Positions 8,604 through 18,511 of a stretch of 64,000 nucleotides of DNA are shown here, one piece after another. Each line of letters opens with the position of its first letter. Position 1 is the stretch's first letter. Made by a program: the position numbers and the translations under genes. Source of the stretch: an uncultured virus (IMG/VR IMGVR_UViG_3300032053_000035) (lineage: Duplodnaviria; Heunggongvirae; Uroviricota; Caudoviricetes); IMG/VR virus record IMGVR_UViG_3300032053_000035; one strand, 5' to 3'. A model generated the notes under the pieces. It was not told the origin of the DNA, searched no databases, and saw only the letters and a list, made by a program, of their open reading frames with translations.

Positions 8604-11134
8604 TACACTACCTCATACAGAGAAAATCCGGAAAAATATCCAAACAACTCAACTTGCGCCTTGTTGATTGCCGTAGCAGAAGAGCGTGAAAAAAGCGTCC
8701 CTACCCCAGCGAGAACTTCCCAAGGCAGCCATGCGGTGTCAGCGCCTACTGCTATTCTTAGGCGAACCTGCACTTGGGTCCTTGGTACTGGAACTCCATG
8801 CAACCTTATTTGCACCTCTGTCGCACTGTCGATAGGAATGGGCTGCGAAAGGTAACGGTTTCTGATATTGTAAACATCATAAGTGGAAGGGCCTGGTATT
8901 ACGCTGTTTACGAAGTCGTCGTGCCTAGGCATAACGCTTTCCCCAAAGGCATCAATACCGCCAACCGCATTAGTTGTCGTAATAGCTGCTGGGTCGGCCT
9001 GAGTTGGCTCTGTAACCAAGCCGTTACCACGGGCGCCAAGTTGGGTTACAATGCAGCTGACTATGTTGGGCAGAGAACCTTGCGTTGCTACCACGCCAGA
9101 CGCAAAAGTGACGTCGTTGATTGTCAATATTATATCGTCTCTGGTGTCGGACTCTGACGAATAGGTAAAATACTGACCAGTAGCACGAATTGGGGAGCCT
9201 GACGTAACGGCAGTCAGCGTTTTGCCGTTTGGAAAGACGATTTGGTCACCTGTTTGTATTAGGTCGCCGTCAACTACCGTGATACCAAAGGTAGCCTGCG
9301 TTGCGTCTTGGTAACCAGTGGTACCATCCTTCCAGATTGGCTTGGCAAAATCTTCACTTGCCACCAAAACAGGTTCTGCACCGCCTTGCCCAAGCATTTC
9401 TGCTGCCGCTTGGAACCTGTTTGGTATGTCTGGCATAGACCTGATTATCTGTCTTGCATCCTTCACATAACTAATTGCCAGTCCGTCCCAACCAACACGA
9501 GCCACCCTAGCCAACCTGTTGAGAGCCGGTGTGGACTCAGTTTCCAGTTCAGCCCAAATTTGGATCTTGGAACTAGGACCATCGTCCGTTCTGGCAATAG
9601 CCTGGATTTCGGAAAGAACGGAAAAGGTGTTCACCGTCTTAATGTACTGGGCCGAGGTGTCAACGCCTGGGAGAGAAACGTCAACCCAGGTGGTGCCAGA
9701 AAATATGATGTCTTCCTGAATCGTCGCACTGTTGGCATCCTTGCCATACAGCCTTATTGTGATTGACATGGTTGGCACCGAATTAGCGTCGGCCAGACCG
9801 ATCGTAAGTCTGGAAGGACCAAAAAACGAAGCGGTGATTGGATAAAGAACCGAGCCGATGTCCTCAAGAACAATCGGAACCTGAATAGGCTCTGGCGTCC
9901 TCAGCAACGTTCCGTCTGGTTTGACGAACACTATGTAGTCTCTAGGAACTGGTCCAGATCCGTCAAAGTCTATCGTTGGATTTGCCAACTCAGACAACGA
10001 GATACCGCCAGAAACCACTATCTCGCTTGCTTGGTTTGGTTGCCCAAACGACAACAAGCTTGAAATAATGGTAGCGGGAGGCTCCAAGGCTTGTACTGCG
10101 TTGTATTGCATGATAGCTGTGGAAGTAAACACTTCCGGAGACGGCAAAACCACTGTGCGAGTGCCTGGGATAAGGTCCCAAGCAATAGCCCTGCCTTTAT
10201 GGCTACTTAGGTAAAAGGCAGTAATACGAACCGGAAATTTTGACAAAACGATATACTTGGCACCAACGCCGCCAAACCTGGAACCAGATGTTGCCGACCC
10301 GCCAGCATCGGTAAGAATGCGGGACACAGTGACAGTTTCCAGACAGATGGTACCGGGTATGCCTTTTGTGGCTTGGTCTTGAGCCAAAACAACGCCAGTT
10401 GGTAGGGTTTGGTCGTAAATAGTAAGGCTACCGCTAGACAAGTCGTTAAAGGTAGTTCCGTGCGGGTTGGTGTCTGTTACCGCACCACTTCCTATTTTGG
10501 ACCGGTGTTCTACGTCCACAGGCGAGTACCAGGGCCTGTTGAATGAGTAACTTGACGCCGTGTAGTCCATTTGCAGTTCCAGTCCGGACACGGTAGAAAC
10601 TACCTTAACTATTGCCAGCACTACTACATTTAGCAGGCGGCTAGGTGGAAAAAGTACGGGATTGATATAGTCAGATAACAGTGCTGACTTGATTACGTCG
10701 GTGGCCTGCTCTAGTCTTACCGCTTGGGCCGTGTTGTATCTTGTTAGCCGTATTGGGTGTGCGTCTATTATCTGGTTTTCTATGAACACAACTAACAGGT
10801 CATCAGCGTTGGTACGTGCTAAGGCTAGGTCCTCAAGCAGAGACGGATTGGTAACGGTGGCACCACTAGCACACGTGGCAGTACCAGGGGCAACATTGTA
10901 TTGCAGCACATTATTGGATGAGTTGTAGACAGCCAGTGGCCTAGTAACCTCTGATTCCACGATGTTTCGCGGGTTAATGACATCAATAATGCCGAACCTT
11001 GGTGTGGACATGCTTTCCGATCCAAACACAATCTTGGTAGCTGTTAACACAGCATTGGCAAAGGACGATTGGGCAAATTTCAGGTCGTCAACACTAAGGT
11101 TACTATCATAATTAAGTCCAGGTAGGTTGTTCAA
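8603..11134 (-). CDS. Putative virion structural protein (843 aa, baseplate/tail)
   Basis: Long T/S/G/V-rich, beta-rich ORF; NPHG motif typical of tail proteins. Confidence 0.65.
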   Translation of the reverse strand: MNNLPGLNYDSNLSVDDLKFAQSSFANAVLTATKIVFGSESMSTPRFGIIDVINPRNIVESEVTRPLAVYNSSNNVLQYNVAPGTATCASGATVTNPSLLEDLALARTNADDLLVVFIENQIIDAHPIRLTRYNTAQAVRLEQATDVIKSALLSDYINPVLFPPSRLLNVVVLAIVKVVSTVSGLELQMDYTASSYSFNRPWYSPVDVEHRSKIGSGAVTDTNPHGTTFNDLSSGSLTIYDQTLPTGVVLAQDQATKGIPGTICLETVTVSRILTDAGGSATSGSRFGGVGAKYIVLSKFPVRITAFYLSSHKGRAIAWDLIPGTRTVVLPSPEVFTSTAIMQYNAVQALEPPATIISSLLSFGQPNQASEIVVSGGISLSELANPTIDFDGSGPVPRDYIVFVKPDGTLLRTPEPIQVPIVLEDIGSVLYPITASFFGPSRLTIGLADANSVPTMSITIRLYGKDANSATIQEDIIFSGTTWVDVSLPGVDTSAQYIKTVNTFSVLSEIQAIARTDDGPSSKIQIWAELETESTPALNRLARVARVGWDGLAISYVKDARQIIRSMPDIPNRFQAAAEMLGQGGAEPVLVASEDFAKPIWKDGTTGYQDATQATFGITVVDGDLIQTGDQIVFPNGKTLTAVTSGSPIRATGQYFTYSSESDTRDDIILTINDVTFASGVVATQGSLPNIVSCIVTQLGARGNGLVTEPTQADPAAITTTNAVGGIDAFGESVMPRHDDFVNSVIPGPSTYDVYNIRNRYLSQPIPIDSATEVQIRLHGVPVPRTQVQVRLRIAVGADTAWLPWEVLAGVGTLFSRSSATAINKAQVELFGYFSGFSLYEVV

Positions 11135-11276
11135 ACCGTGGTCTCCTTTGGCATGCTTCTAAGAGGTAGGGTTGCCTAACAACCCTTTATAAGCTAAGCT
11201 TTCCGTGCTACCAAGCAAAATGTGAATGTTTGCCGCATCTCGGCTACTGCGTTGGCAACCCTAAGCTGGTCATCGG

Positions 11277-11747
11277 TCAGTCCCCAGCCCAGAATAGGCG
11301 ACCTTGGCCACGACCGTCTTCACATCCTGTCGAGCAACCGCTGGTGCCTTCGACATTGGCCTCGACCCTTTTTCTGGTTCTTTCGCGAAGCCACATTAAC
11401 GCTTCGTCTAGCTTTGTGATTGCCATAGCGTTTTCGCGGCAGGGGAAGTTTTTGTTTAGCCCTTCAATGACCAACTTAGCTGTTTCCACAATGGTGTCAA
11501 CTTGGCAACCGTTGACCCCAACCTCTTTGATTGGTCCATTCTGGACTGTGAACGAAATGCTGTTCTTGTCCTTCCTGAGGTAAATGTGGTTGGTCGGACG
11601 GATTTCTGCTTCGAACCACTCATAGTCCATAGCCCCTGTGCTAACGAACTTCTCTGGGTGCTTATCCCGCAAATCGTCCATAACCACTAAGTCAAATCCA
11701 CCGATCTTACTCACGCCTGCAAGTGTCTCTAATGCCATAGTCATCAA
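11277..11747 (-). CDS. tad1: Tad1-family anti-Thoeris/anti-CBASS nucleotide-sponge protein
   Basis: VQNGPIKEVGVNGCQVD...PCRENAMAITKLDEALMWLRERT..R.EANVEGT matches the Tad1 pattern Q.GPIKE.GVNG...CREN...IT.L..A..W...RT..R...NVEGT. Confidence 0.85.
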   Translation of the reverse strand: MMTMALETLAGVSKIGGFDLVVMDDLRDKHPEKFVSTGAMDYEWFEAEIRPTNHIYLRKDKNSISFTVQNGPIKEVGVNGCQVDTIVETAKLVIEGLNKNFPCRENAMAITKLDEALMWLRERTRKRVEANVEGTSGCSTGCEDGRGQGRLFWAGD

Positions 11748-11756
11748 CTCCTAATG

Positions 11757-14174
11757 TTAAGCCAAGCCGCCTCTAACCTTCATGATGGCCAGCCTTTTTT
11801 CTGGTATTGGGAAGCCGCCAGCCATAGTGTAGCAGTAAATGCCATTACGACTAGACTCATACACGCCTTGGTGAATAGTAAAGCTTCTATTTTCGCCCTG
11901 AAGTATCCGCTCAAGCGTGGAAAACGCTAAGTCTATATGACTTTGTGGCAACAGCGACAGGATCTTCTCTGGTGCACACAAAATGGCAGCTAGGTGGGTA
12001 GACTTAGTAAGATCCACCTCGGTCAGCATTGTCCGCTCCAGGTTAAGCCGCAGGCCGTCAGACAGGTCGGTGTCTTTTTCGTAAGAGAGGAGCTTAGTCG
12101 AGCCAAAGGTGATTAAGCCAGACTCCAACATGGTTGTGTAGTCAGCCCTGTCGAACGTGACATATGAAGACTTTTGAGCCGCCAAAATGTTGAAAACGTC
12201 AAACAGACCTAGTATCTGCTTGTTGGCCACTTGCCAAAAAGACTTAGCGCTGACAGCGCCTAGCATGTTTTGGATAACATCGTTATCTACTATTACGCAA
12301 GGCGAAATCTCCTTAGTTTCTAGCAGCACTTTGATCTTTTGCATGGCTAAATATGCATTGCTTTGGGCTTTCCCGCCTTCTGACTTCTTGGGAAGGGCTA
12401 CAATAAGGCCAATTTTTGGCTCCTTGCCGATCTCCTCCATGTACCTAACAGCCTTTTTGATAAGCGGCAATATGCCACCACTGCCACTGTTGTGTACTAA
12501 AGTTAAGGCGCCATTGCCAGCAAAATAATTTGAATTCCCAGAAACAGTAAAGTCAACAAATTCAATGGCTGATAATTTTTCTATCGCGTCAATAGCGAAA
12601 AGGGCGCCATAAATCTTCTTCAATAAACATTCGTCTTTGAGCAGCGGGGCAAATTCGTCTTCAAACCTACCATATGAGGCATTGCACACATTGTTCGCAT
12701 AGTTATAGTATTTAGGTTTCTGCTTGAACAGTCTTTCTATTTGATCGTACTTAATCGGAAAAATACTATTTGACGTGTACCCAATTGGCATTACGGTCTC
12801 ACTATCTCCAAACTCTTTCCGCAAAGCCTCAGTCAAATTCAGGCAAAATGATGCCTTTGTGTCATTGTCAAAAGCGAATATTCTAAGGCGACCAAGCGGC
12901 CTCTCATTTTTGCGTACTGAAGTCTTAACTGAGTACGTACACTTGATACCATGCGCGTTGCATAGATCTCGTAAACTTTCAACAAATACCAAGTCAACCA
13001 TAGTCAGATCTATTGAGTTACGCTGCGGCCTAACGTAGCCATCAGCACTGTGAACACCCGCCAAGTATGCCAAGAATGATTTTTTATTTAGATCATAAAC
13101 AAACTCAGGGATGACCAGATTGCCCTTAATAGGACGAAGCGGACCATACGCATCAACAAACAAATCTATTAGTTGTTGACCATACGCATACACCTCAAAA
13201 GATGCTTGCGTTTTAGATTTGCTAATTGCTACTGAACTAGCACCAAATTCTAAGCACAACTCTTTAGCTTTCAACAGATTTTCCTCAGACGCGTCATAGA
13301 ACCTAATTACGTTGATTTTGGTTGGGGTAGAATATAAGCCATCTTTGCGCCATTTGAAGTTACCATTACCAGCGAAATACCCGAGAAGCCACAGTTTGTC
13401 CTTGTTATAGTCAACGCCAAATTCTAGCTGCCCTTTATAATGAACCAAAACATCATTAACTGAAAGGTCTTTTGCCAACTTCTCAACAACAGTGTCAGTG
13501 CTGCTATTGTATACAAAAACCGGATGGTTCTCACTACACGTCAAGTGACCAAACCTGGTTGATATTTTGATGGCTGGCTTTGCAGGAACCGACCAAACAC
13601 GCTCAAGTGGCTTCCATTCAACAATGCCATCGGCACGCATGGAAGCCACATTAAGTTCCTCAGTTAAGGCAAAACCGGTCTCACCATTGTCCCCCTCATC
13701 GCATGGCACTTCCTGCGCATAGCTATCCAAGATAGAGCCAGCTGTCATCAACCCAGATGAAGTCAACACCATTGAGGTTGGCGCAACGCAACCCCCTCCG
13801 AGGCTTGATGTAATCATGATGCGGTCGATGTCGTCACCAAACGAGGCTCTCATTAGGTTAAACACCGATTCAGAACCCTTTTCTACGGCCTCCTGACCCT
13901 GGCCCTGGTCCTTCCCAGCGCCGCCTTTGGTAGTGAGAACCAGTTGGCGATTGACCGGAAGTTCCAAACCAAGGAAATCTTGTGCGGTAGTATTGATGGC
14001 ACAAACACGGCGGTAGCCGAGTGAGTAAAAGGTGTCTACCATTCTAGAACCAGCCTGGCCAGCCCCAATAATTCCGAATTTGACAGCCAGCAACTTAGTA
14101 TCTTCTTCTACCGCAATTCCTGATTGGCCAGAGGACAAATCTTCTATATCCGGTAGATCAAAATCGTTTGACAT
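11757..14174 (-). CDS. FtsZ/tubulin-family GTPase (PhuZ/CetZ-like) precursor containing an intein
   Basis: Motifs IIGAGQAGSR, AINT, GGAGKD, SLGGG|SGSG, VDND and the T7-like FDRADY. The predicted spliced product is 371 aa. Confidence 0.9.
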   Translation of the reverse strand: MSNDFDLPDIEDLSSGQSGIAVEEDTKLLAVKFGIIGAGQAGSRMVDTFYSLGYRRVCAINTTAQDFLGLELPVNRQLVLTTKGGAGKDQGQGQEAVEKGSESVFNLMRASFGDDIDRIMITSSLGGGCVAPTSMVLTSSGLMTAGSILDSYAQEVPCDEGDNGETGFALTEELNVASMRADGIVEWKPLERVWSVPAKPAIKISTRFGHLTCSENHPVFVYNSSTDTVVEKLAKDLSVNDVLVHYKGQLEFGVDYNKDKLWLLGYFAGNGNFKWRKDGLYSTPTKINVIRFYDASEENLLKAKELCLEFGASSVAISKSKTQASFEVYAYGQQLIDLFVDAYGPLRPIKGNLVIPEFVYDLNKKSFLAYLAGVHSADGYVRPQRNSIDLTMVDLVFVESLRDLCNAHGIKCTYSVKTSVRKNERPLGRLRIFAFDNDTKASFCLNLTEALRKEFGDSETVMPIGYTSNSIFPIKYDQIERLFKQKPKYYNYANNVCNASYGRFEDEFAPLLKDECLLKKIYGALFAIDAIEKLSAIEFVDFTVSGNSNYFAGNGALTLVHNSGSGGILPLIKKAVRYMEEIGKEPKIGLIVALPKKSEGGKAQSNAYLAMQKIKVLLETKEISPCVIVDNDVIQNMLGAVSAKSFWQVANKQILGLFDVFNILAAQKSSYVTFDRADYTTMLESGLITFGSTKLLSYEKDTDLSDGLRLNLERTMLTEVDLTKSTHLAAILCAPEKILSLLPQSHIDLAFSTLERILQGENRSFTIHQGVYESSRNGIYCYTMAGGFPIPEKRLAIMKVRGGLA
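12489..13790 (-). mobile_element. Intein with LAGLIDADG homing endonuclease (residues 129-562, 434 aa)
   Basis: Starts C-VAPTSMVLT, has block B TCSENHPVF, LAGLIDADG motifs LLGYFAGNG and YLAGVHSADG, and block F DFTV; ends LVHN followed by Ser+1. Confidence 0.92.
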
Positions 14175-14333
14175 AACGTATCTCCTTTTACTGTTGCAAT
14201 TTTTTATGGAAAGCGCTTGTTACAAGATGCAGCCAATGTGGCCTAATCTGGTTGGCTGTAAAAGCTTTGGCTTGTAGCTTGCGCTTATTTTACATTAGTT
14301 AGATATGGTTCAACATAACTAGGCGGACGGCCC

Positions 14334-14900
14334 ATGAGCTTACAAAACGCGTTTATAGCTATTGCTGCTGCGAACAAAATTGGCTTTGGTAGCGTGCTTG
14401 ACAGAGACAGCTAAACCTTATACAAAGGAAATCTTTGGGCCGAAACCACTCCTGGACAATACAAAATAGCCTTAGAATTAAATAAACACTACTTCGGCAA
14501 TAGTAAGCCAGATTATGGTGACGCTAGGGAAATGGAAGGTGAGTTGAGCGGCGTGTTTATTCCTTATGAAGAGGTAAGCAAATCGGCCAAGAAGAAAGAT
14601 TTTAACTACCTTATGCATCTAATTATTTACGACAATTTTAATTTTGGTTCTACCGGCATTCCTCCGCTCACACTCAAGTATATCGGAAAGCTCAGCGGTA
14701 AGGACAAGATGACCCAAGAACTTAGGAAAATGGCCGGTATTAACATCACCACAATTAATGGGTCCATCAGCAGTTACGTTTCCGCCTACATCAGCACAAA
14801 AGCTATTACTGAGGCAGCTATCAAAGCCGGTATAACAGTATCAAATGGCAAAATTAAGGACTCAGACGTGCCCAAGCTGCTAGCAGCAATAGATGATTAA
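14334..14900 (+). pseudogene. Paralog of 1..721 with a C-terminal tag motif, interrupted by an in-frame TAA at 14412-14414
   Basis: ATG 14334 is in frame with ORF 14532. Sequence on both sides of the TAA aligns to the paralog (KIGFG...QY..A.ELN...YGD...EG...VFIPY...IPPLT.KYI.KL). Confidence 0.75.
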
Positions 14901-15396
14901 GAACTTCTTTGATCAGTTTTACGGAGTGATATTGCCAAACGGTTTCGTATCTGGCGGGGCCGCTTTGGCACTCGCGTGGAACTACGAGCCTAGTGACATA
15001 GACATTTACCCGCGTACCAAGGAACATGCAGCAGCTCTTTTGTTTGATCTGGTAGGGGCTGGCCTTGTTGACCTACAGTATCGGTTCTGCCTAAAGTATG
15101 AATGCGTACAAGGCCAGTTAGGCGGATACAAGTGCCAAGTGTTTGCAGACGACTATAGAAAACTGTTTGATATTAAATGCTGCCAAGCTTGGGTTAACTC
15201 AGAGTTGCAGGTTATGGATATAGGTCCTATAGAGGAAATACCGAATAATGTGATTAGGAACAGCACGAAGTCGCGCATAAACAAGTACCAAAATAGGTAC
15301 AAGGCATACGAGGTACAACATGAACGAAAAGACTTTGACAGCCGAGTTAGGCAAACTTGGTATAGACGTGAAGGACGGAAAAGTAAGAAGAGCTGA
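14893..15396 (+). CDS. Nucleotidyltransferase-like protein (polyA polymerase/CCA head-domain type)
   Basis: FVSGGAAL...SDIDIY (GG and DxD motifs), followed later by FD...CQ. Confidence 0.65.
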   Translation: MIKNFFDQFYGVILPNGFVSGGAALALAWNYEPSDIDIYPRTKEHAAALLFDLVGAGLVDLQYRFCLKYECVQGQLGGYKCQVFADDYRKLFDIKCCQAWVNSELQVMDIGPIEEIPNNVIRNSTKSRINKYQNRYKAYEVQHERKDFDSRVRQTWYRREGRKSKKS

Positions 15397-15571
15397 CGTC
15401 AAAGCAGTTATCGACAACGTTGTTGGAAGTCTCGTAAACGTGACCATCATCACGAGCTGGCTTATAATCATACCAAGCTCACCCAGCTTTTTGTTTACCG
15501 CAGCCAGCGAGTCGGACTCAGACCAGTCGCCATCAGCAGCTATTCGCACAAGGTTCTTAAGCATGGCTTAG
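15320..15571 (+). CDS. Small protein with N-terminal tag motif; possible frameshift near 15428
   Basis: LGKLGIDVKDGKVRRADVKAVI; GAGG RBS. An alternative frame continues SRKRDHHHEL...AAHNLT to TAA 15618. Confidence 0.65.
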   Translation: MNEKTLTAELGKLGIDVKDGKVRRADVKAVIDNVVGSLVNVTIITSWLIIIPSSPSFLFTAASESDSDQSPSAAIRTRFLSMA

Positions 15572-15644
15572 CAAAAACAGCGAACAAGGCTAAGGAAGCT
15601 GCGCATAACTTAACTTAAACAAACTCAAACAAGAAGAGGTTAGC

Positions 15645-16238
15645 ATGGACTCAGGAAATTATCAGTTATCGCCAAAGGTGCATATGTTTATTAGTAGGTA
15701 CACGTTGGCCAAAATAAAAGCTGACGAAATGGAATACCCTCCTTTCGCGTCCGATATTTTTAACGCGGTTGTCTGGAATGCTATGCTTTGGATGAGCGAG
15801 GACACATTTCAATTTGCGACTGACCTGATTACTTATGCAAAAAGAAATCCAAACTGCGCGTGGGTTACCAGCGACGAAGACGAAGACATTATGTACATGT
15901 TCCCAGACGTGGATAAAGCGCTAGCTAGCCTAGACAAGGTTGTTAAGGAGCATACTGGACCAGGTGGGCACCTTGCTGGACATATTGAGAAGAATTGGTA
16001 TGCCAAGGTTTACCTTGTCTGCCATTTGTAGCCCCACCGTACGGTTAGAGGGTTGGAATGGTACGCTAAGCAAATGGGACAACTGCCACCATTTAGGCCA
16101 GGAATAGGCCAAGTGTGGGTAACTTTGGTAGATGACAGCGATAATAGTGAGGTGCCAAAAGGCATGCTGTTCATCGATGCTAGTGACCAGGAGTGGGCCG
16201 ACCGCCTAGTAGGTTGGCTGGCGGAGTGGGATAGTTGA
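15645..16238 (+). pseudogene. Hypothetical protein split by an in-frame TAG (16029-16031) within a 63-nt degenerate duplication
   Basis: ORFs 15645..16031 and 16053..16238 share a frame; WYAK is encoded twice, 63 nt apart. Confidence 0.5.
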
Positions 16239-16279
16239 GATCCGTAAAGTAGCCAACATAAACCTAATAAGGTGGCCAA

Positions 16280-16795
16280 ATGAGAACAATCAAAATCATA
16301 CTTTCAAAAGCCGGTATAGAAGTAAAGAATGGCAAGATAAAATTGTCCGATGTGGCGAAGGCAGTGAAGGTTATCAGCGCCACAGAGACCGATCCGGCTT
16401 TCATGGGCCAGTTTATCGACGCCTTAGCCACGAAAGGCTACAAGGTGGATGGCGGCCCTAACATGTGGCGTAGCCCTAACGTTGATGACCATACGTCTAC
16501 CAATTGTCGTGACAATGGAAATGGCAAGCTGACGGTCAAAATAAGATTTAGTTCAGACGGCAAGAAAGTTCTGCAAGACATTGAATACGACGACCCAGAA
16601 GATTCAGACTCTTGGGGTTTTGATTACGTTATAAAGGACGAACGAGAGGTTAAGGCAATAGTGTCGTCTGTGTGCGGTGACATAGGAACAACAGTATCTG
16701 ACTTTGGAATTTTTCAGAACATAGCCACCTTTGTGATCAACGCCCCTGACGGATTAGACATTCCTAGAGGACGTTCTAAGAGAGACTGGCGGTGA
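16280..16795 (+). CDS. Hypothetical protein with N-terminal tag motif
   Basis: LSKAGIEVKNGKIKLSDVAKAVKVIS followed by an unrelated acidic region. Confidence 0.85.
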   Translation: MRTIKIILSKAGIEVKNGKIKLSDVAKAVKVISATETDPAFMGQFIDALATKGYKVDGGPNMWRSPNVDDHTSTNCRDNGNGKLTVKIRFSSDGKKVLQDIEYDDPEDSDSWGFDYVIKDEREVKAIVSSVCGDIGTTVSDFGIFQNIATFVINAPDGLDIPRGRSKRDWR

Positions 16796-16798
16796 GTC

Positions 16799-17101
16799 TT
16801 AGGCCAGTGCTTTTGGCCTAAACGACACTTTTCCAGCCCAAGATGGGATCATAACAAACGGCTCTCTGTACTCGCTTGGTGAAGCCTCTGGTACGACGCG
16901 CAGGTACTCGCGCCGTTCGATCAAGTATCCAGAGTCAACAAATTTAGCACCATCCAGCGTTATGCACTCGTCCCTAACAGCAACAGGCTGGCTGGTTCTA
17001 AACTCTCGCCCAAGAATAGAATATCCACGAACCAGAACCGAAGGGTCTTCGGTAATTAGTATAACTATATCAAATCTGCGCATGAAATTGTCTGACAGCA
17101 T
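16799..17101 (-). CDS. Hypothetical protein
   Basis: Likely start is ATG 17101 (MLSDNF...), just downstream of 17121..18503. Confidence 0.65.
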   Translation of the reverse strand: MLSDNFMRRFDIVILITEDPSVLVRGYSILGREFRTSQPVAVRDECITLDGAKFVDSGYLIERREYLRVVPEASPSEYREPFVMIPSWAGKVSFRPKALA

Positions 17102-17120
17102 AAACCCGCCTGGAGACCTG

Positions 17121-18503
17121 CTAAAAAAACACTTTGCCGCTATCGAAATTGGTGCCGTCGTCCCACGAAGAGTGCAAAAACTCAGGACCAATGAAATAAG
17201 GTTTTATGCTTAGCCCGGTTGTCTGGTAAGTGGCCTCGCCAGTGGCCTCGGCAACCAGCGAGTATTCTAGCTGCTCTACTGTGTCAATAACGGGAGTCCA
17301 GTCGCTGACAGCTATTTCGCAAACCGTCTCACTGATAGCATTAATTTCTAGTGAGGTGGCAGGCTCGTAACCAACCGGAAAGTCGACAAGTATTACAGTG
17401 TTGGCGCCAGAATTAAGCGTAAACTCCTGTGGCGGATTGGGATGGAAAATAAACCTGATAGTACTGTCCTCAGTGCTGCGCAGCGAGATGCGCCACTTGC
17501 CTGGTGGCTGTATCGGAGGCACGCACCTGAATCCTACGCAGAACTGGTGCAACGAGTTAACCTTAAATATCACCCGCCCAGGCGTTAACCTCATAGTGCC
17601 CTCTGCTAAGTCCCAAAACATCGGAAATTGAGCAATTAGTGGGCGTCTGAATATTAGGTAATTGTTGTCTATAACTAGGTAGTCACTAGACGTACCAATA
17701 ACATACAAACCAGAACGGGATAACGCTTTCAGGGACAGCGTTTGGTTAAAGCTTTGTCCTTCCAGCAGATTGCCAGACAGCAAGTCAACCAGGAAAGGCC
17801 CTTGCGGTTCAGCGGTAAAGACAGCGTTAGGTACCCTAAACACAGTTGAGAAATATGCCGGGTAGGCCCTAATGTAACACTTGAAGTTTGATATTAGTGG
17901 CCTGTGTATAGGCTCGGCTAACGTAAGGATATACAGCTCAGTAAAGAATGGGTCCGTGGTGGAGCCTATGCGTTGGGCTAGAACGATTTTGGTCTCAGAC
18001 AAGCTTTGCAGGAGACCATCAGTGTTGAAATACGTTAGGACATCACCATTGGCTAGCTTGTAGTGCGACTTGACTGTTATTACTGTTGCTCCTGCTGCAG
18101 CATCGGCACCGAGTAGCATTGGATAAGCATGGAGAAGCAATCTGTCGCTGGAGCTATAATTTTGCGTAATAGGCTTATCTAGCAGCAGCACATTGTCCAC
18201 AACATCATTAACCTGGTGCAGCTCCTTACCAGGCCCAACCGACACTATTACGCCTTCAGTCATCCATTGCGACGTTATTGTGATAGCAATGGACGTGTCT
18301 AGCTGCTGCGGTGGAGTCTCGAATATAAAAGTATTGTCTGGGTTTAGGACTGACACGGTATTGCCAGTCCTTTTGCCAAACCTTATTGTGCCTCTCAACT
18401 GAGGGTCGGCAAACAGTAGTAGACCACGAGGAAACAACTTTACATGAGCATACGTAGATATTGTGTCATTAATAACACCTTCTATTTTCTGCAACCGCCC
18501 CAC
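17121..18503 (-). CDS. Putative baseplate/tail structural protein
   Basis: 460-aa beta-rich ORF in the virion operon. Confidence 0.65.
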   Translation of the reverse strand: MGRLQKIEGVINDTISTYAHVKLFPRGLLLFADPQLRGTIRFGKRTGNTVSVLNPDNTFIFETPPQQLDTSIAITITSQWMTEGVIVSVGPGKELHQVNDVVDNVLLLDKPITQNYSSSDRLLLHAYPMLLGADAAAGATVITVKSHYKLANGDVLTYFNTDGLLQSLSETKIVLAQRIGSTTDPFFTELYILTLAEPIHRPLISNFKCYIRAYPAYFSTVFRVPNAVFTAEPQGPFLVDLLSGNLLEGQSFNQTLSLKALSRSGLYVIGTSSDYLVIDNNYLIFRRPLIAQFPMFWDLAEGTMRLTPGRVIFKVNSLHQFCVGFRCVPPIQPPGKWRISLRSTEDSTIRFIFHPNPPQEFTLNSGANTVILVDFPVGYEPATSLEINAISETVCEIAVSDWTPVIDTVEQLEYSLVAEATGEATYQTTGLSIKPYFIGPEFLHSSWDDGTNFDSGKVFF

Positions 18504-18511
18504 ATCTCACC

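Noticed and set aside
11757..14174. Nucleus-forming phage
   Set aside because: Tubulin alone is insufficient; no chimallin or multisubunit RNA polymerase is recognisable in this window.
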